Below, piece by piece: positions 63,951-64,000 of a DNA stretch of 64,000 bases. A program made the position numbers and the translations under genes. Location: assembly GCF_039654945.1 (NCBI RefSeq), contig NW_027361825.1, positions 22,754,001 through 22,818,000 on the forward strand. Reading direction: 5' to 3'. Position 1 is the first letter of the stretch; each line of letters opens with the position of its first letter. Source of the DNA: Dendrobates tinctorius. Lineage: Eukaryota. Under the pieces are notes generated by a model, which had not been told where the DNA came from, did no database searches, and saw nothing but the letters and a program-made list of their open reading frames with translations.

Positions 63951-64000
63951 AAATGAGGCGCCTGAACTATAATAAGCTGTTTAATATGGTCATAGGTTTC

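Overview
Vertebrate genomic DNA; the repeat landscape suggests a frog (inference). Two host genes lie head-to-head. On the minus strand is the 5' part of an ARHGAP11A-like RhoGAP gene (coding exons 5450-5352, 5280-5204, 4658-4562, 474-218). On the plus strand are exons 1-8 of RASGRP4 (44182-59809), whose intron 3 is a U12-type AT-AC intron. The ~37 kb between them is a stack of nested transposons. An 11 kb Harbinger (MADF gene plus transposase) carries an L2, a CR1 and an apparently intact Charlie3/MER1-like hAT. A five-level LTR/hAT nest follows. Next is a full-length Gypsy provirus (tRNA-Ser PBS, 4-bp TSD) whose 3' LTR holds a ~520-bp near-perfect palindrome of Penelope-type repeats with hammerhead ribozyme cores. 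Last is a Tc1 remnant split by a TTAA piggyBac-like element containing (TTAGGG)n and ~380-bp tandem repeats. RASGRP4 introns hold Gmr1-type Gypsy, Tc1, solo-LTR, hAT, Chapaev3-like and MITE insertions. I found no clearly new biological system. The most unusual items are the hammerhead palindrome, the intact Charlie3-like hAT, the hairpin MITE filling the minor intron, and the ARHGAP11 paralog beside RASGRP4. Family names come from recalled motifs, not database searches.
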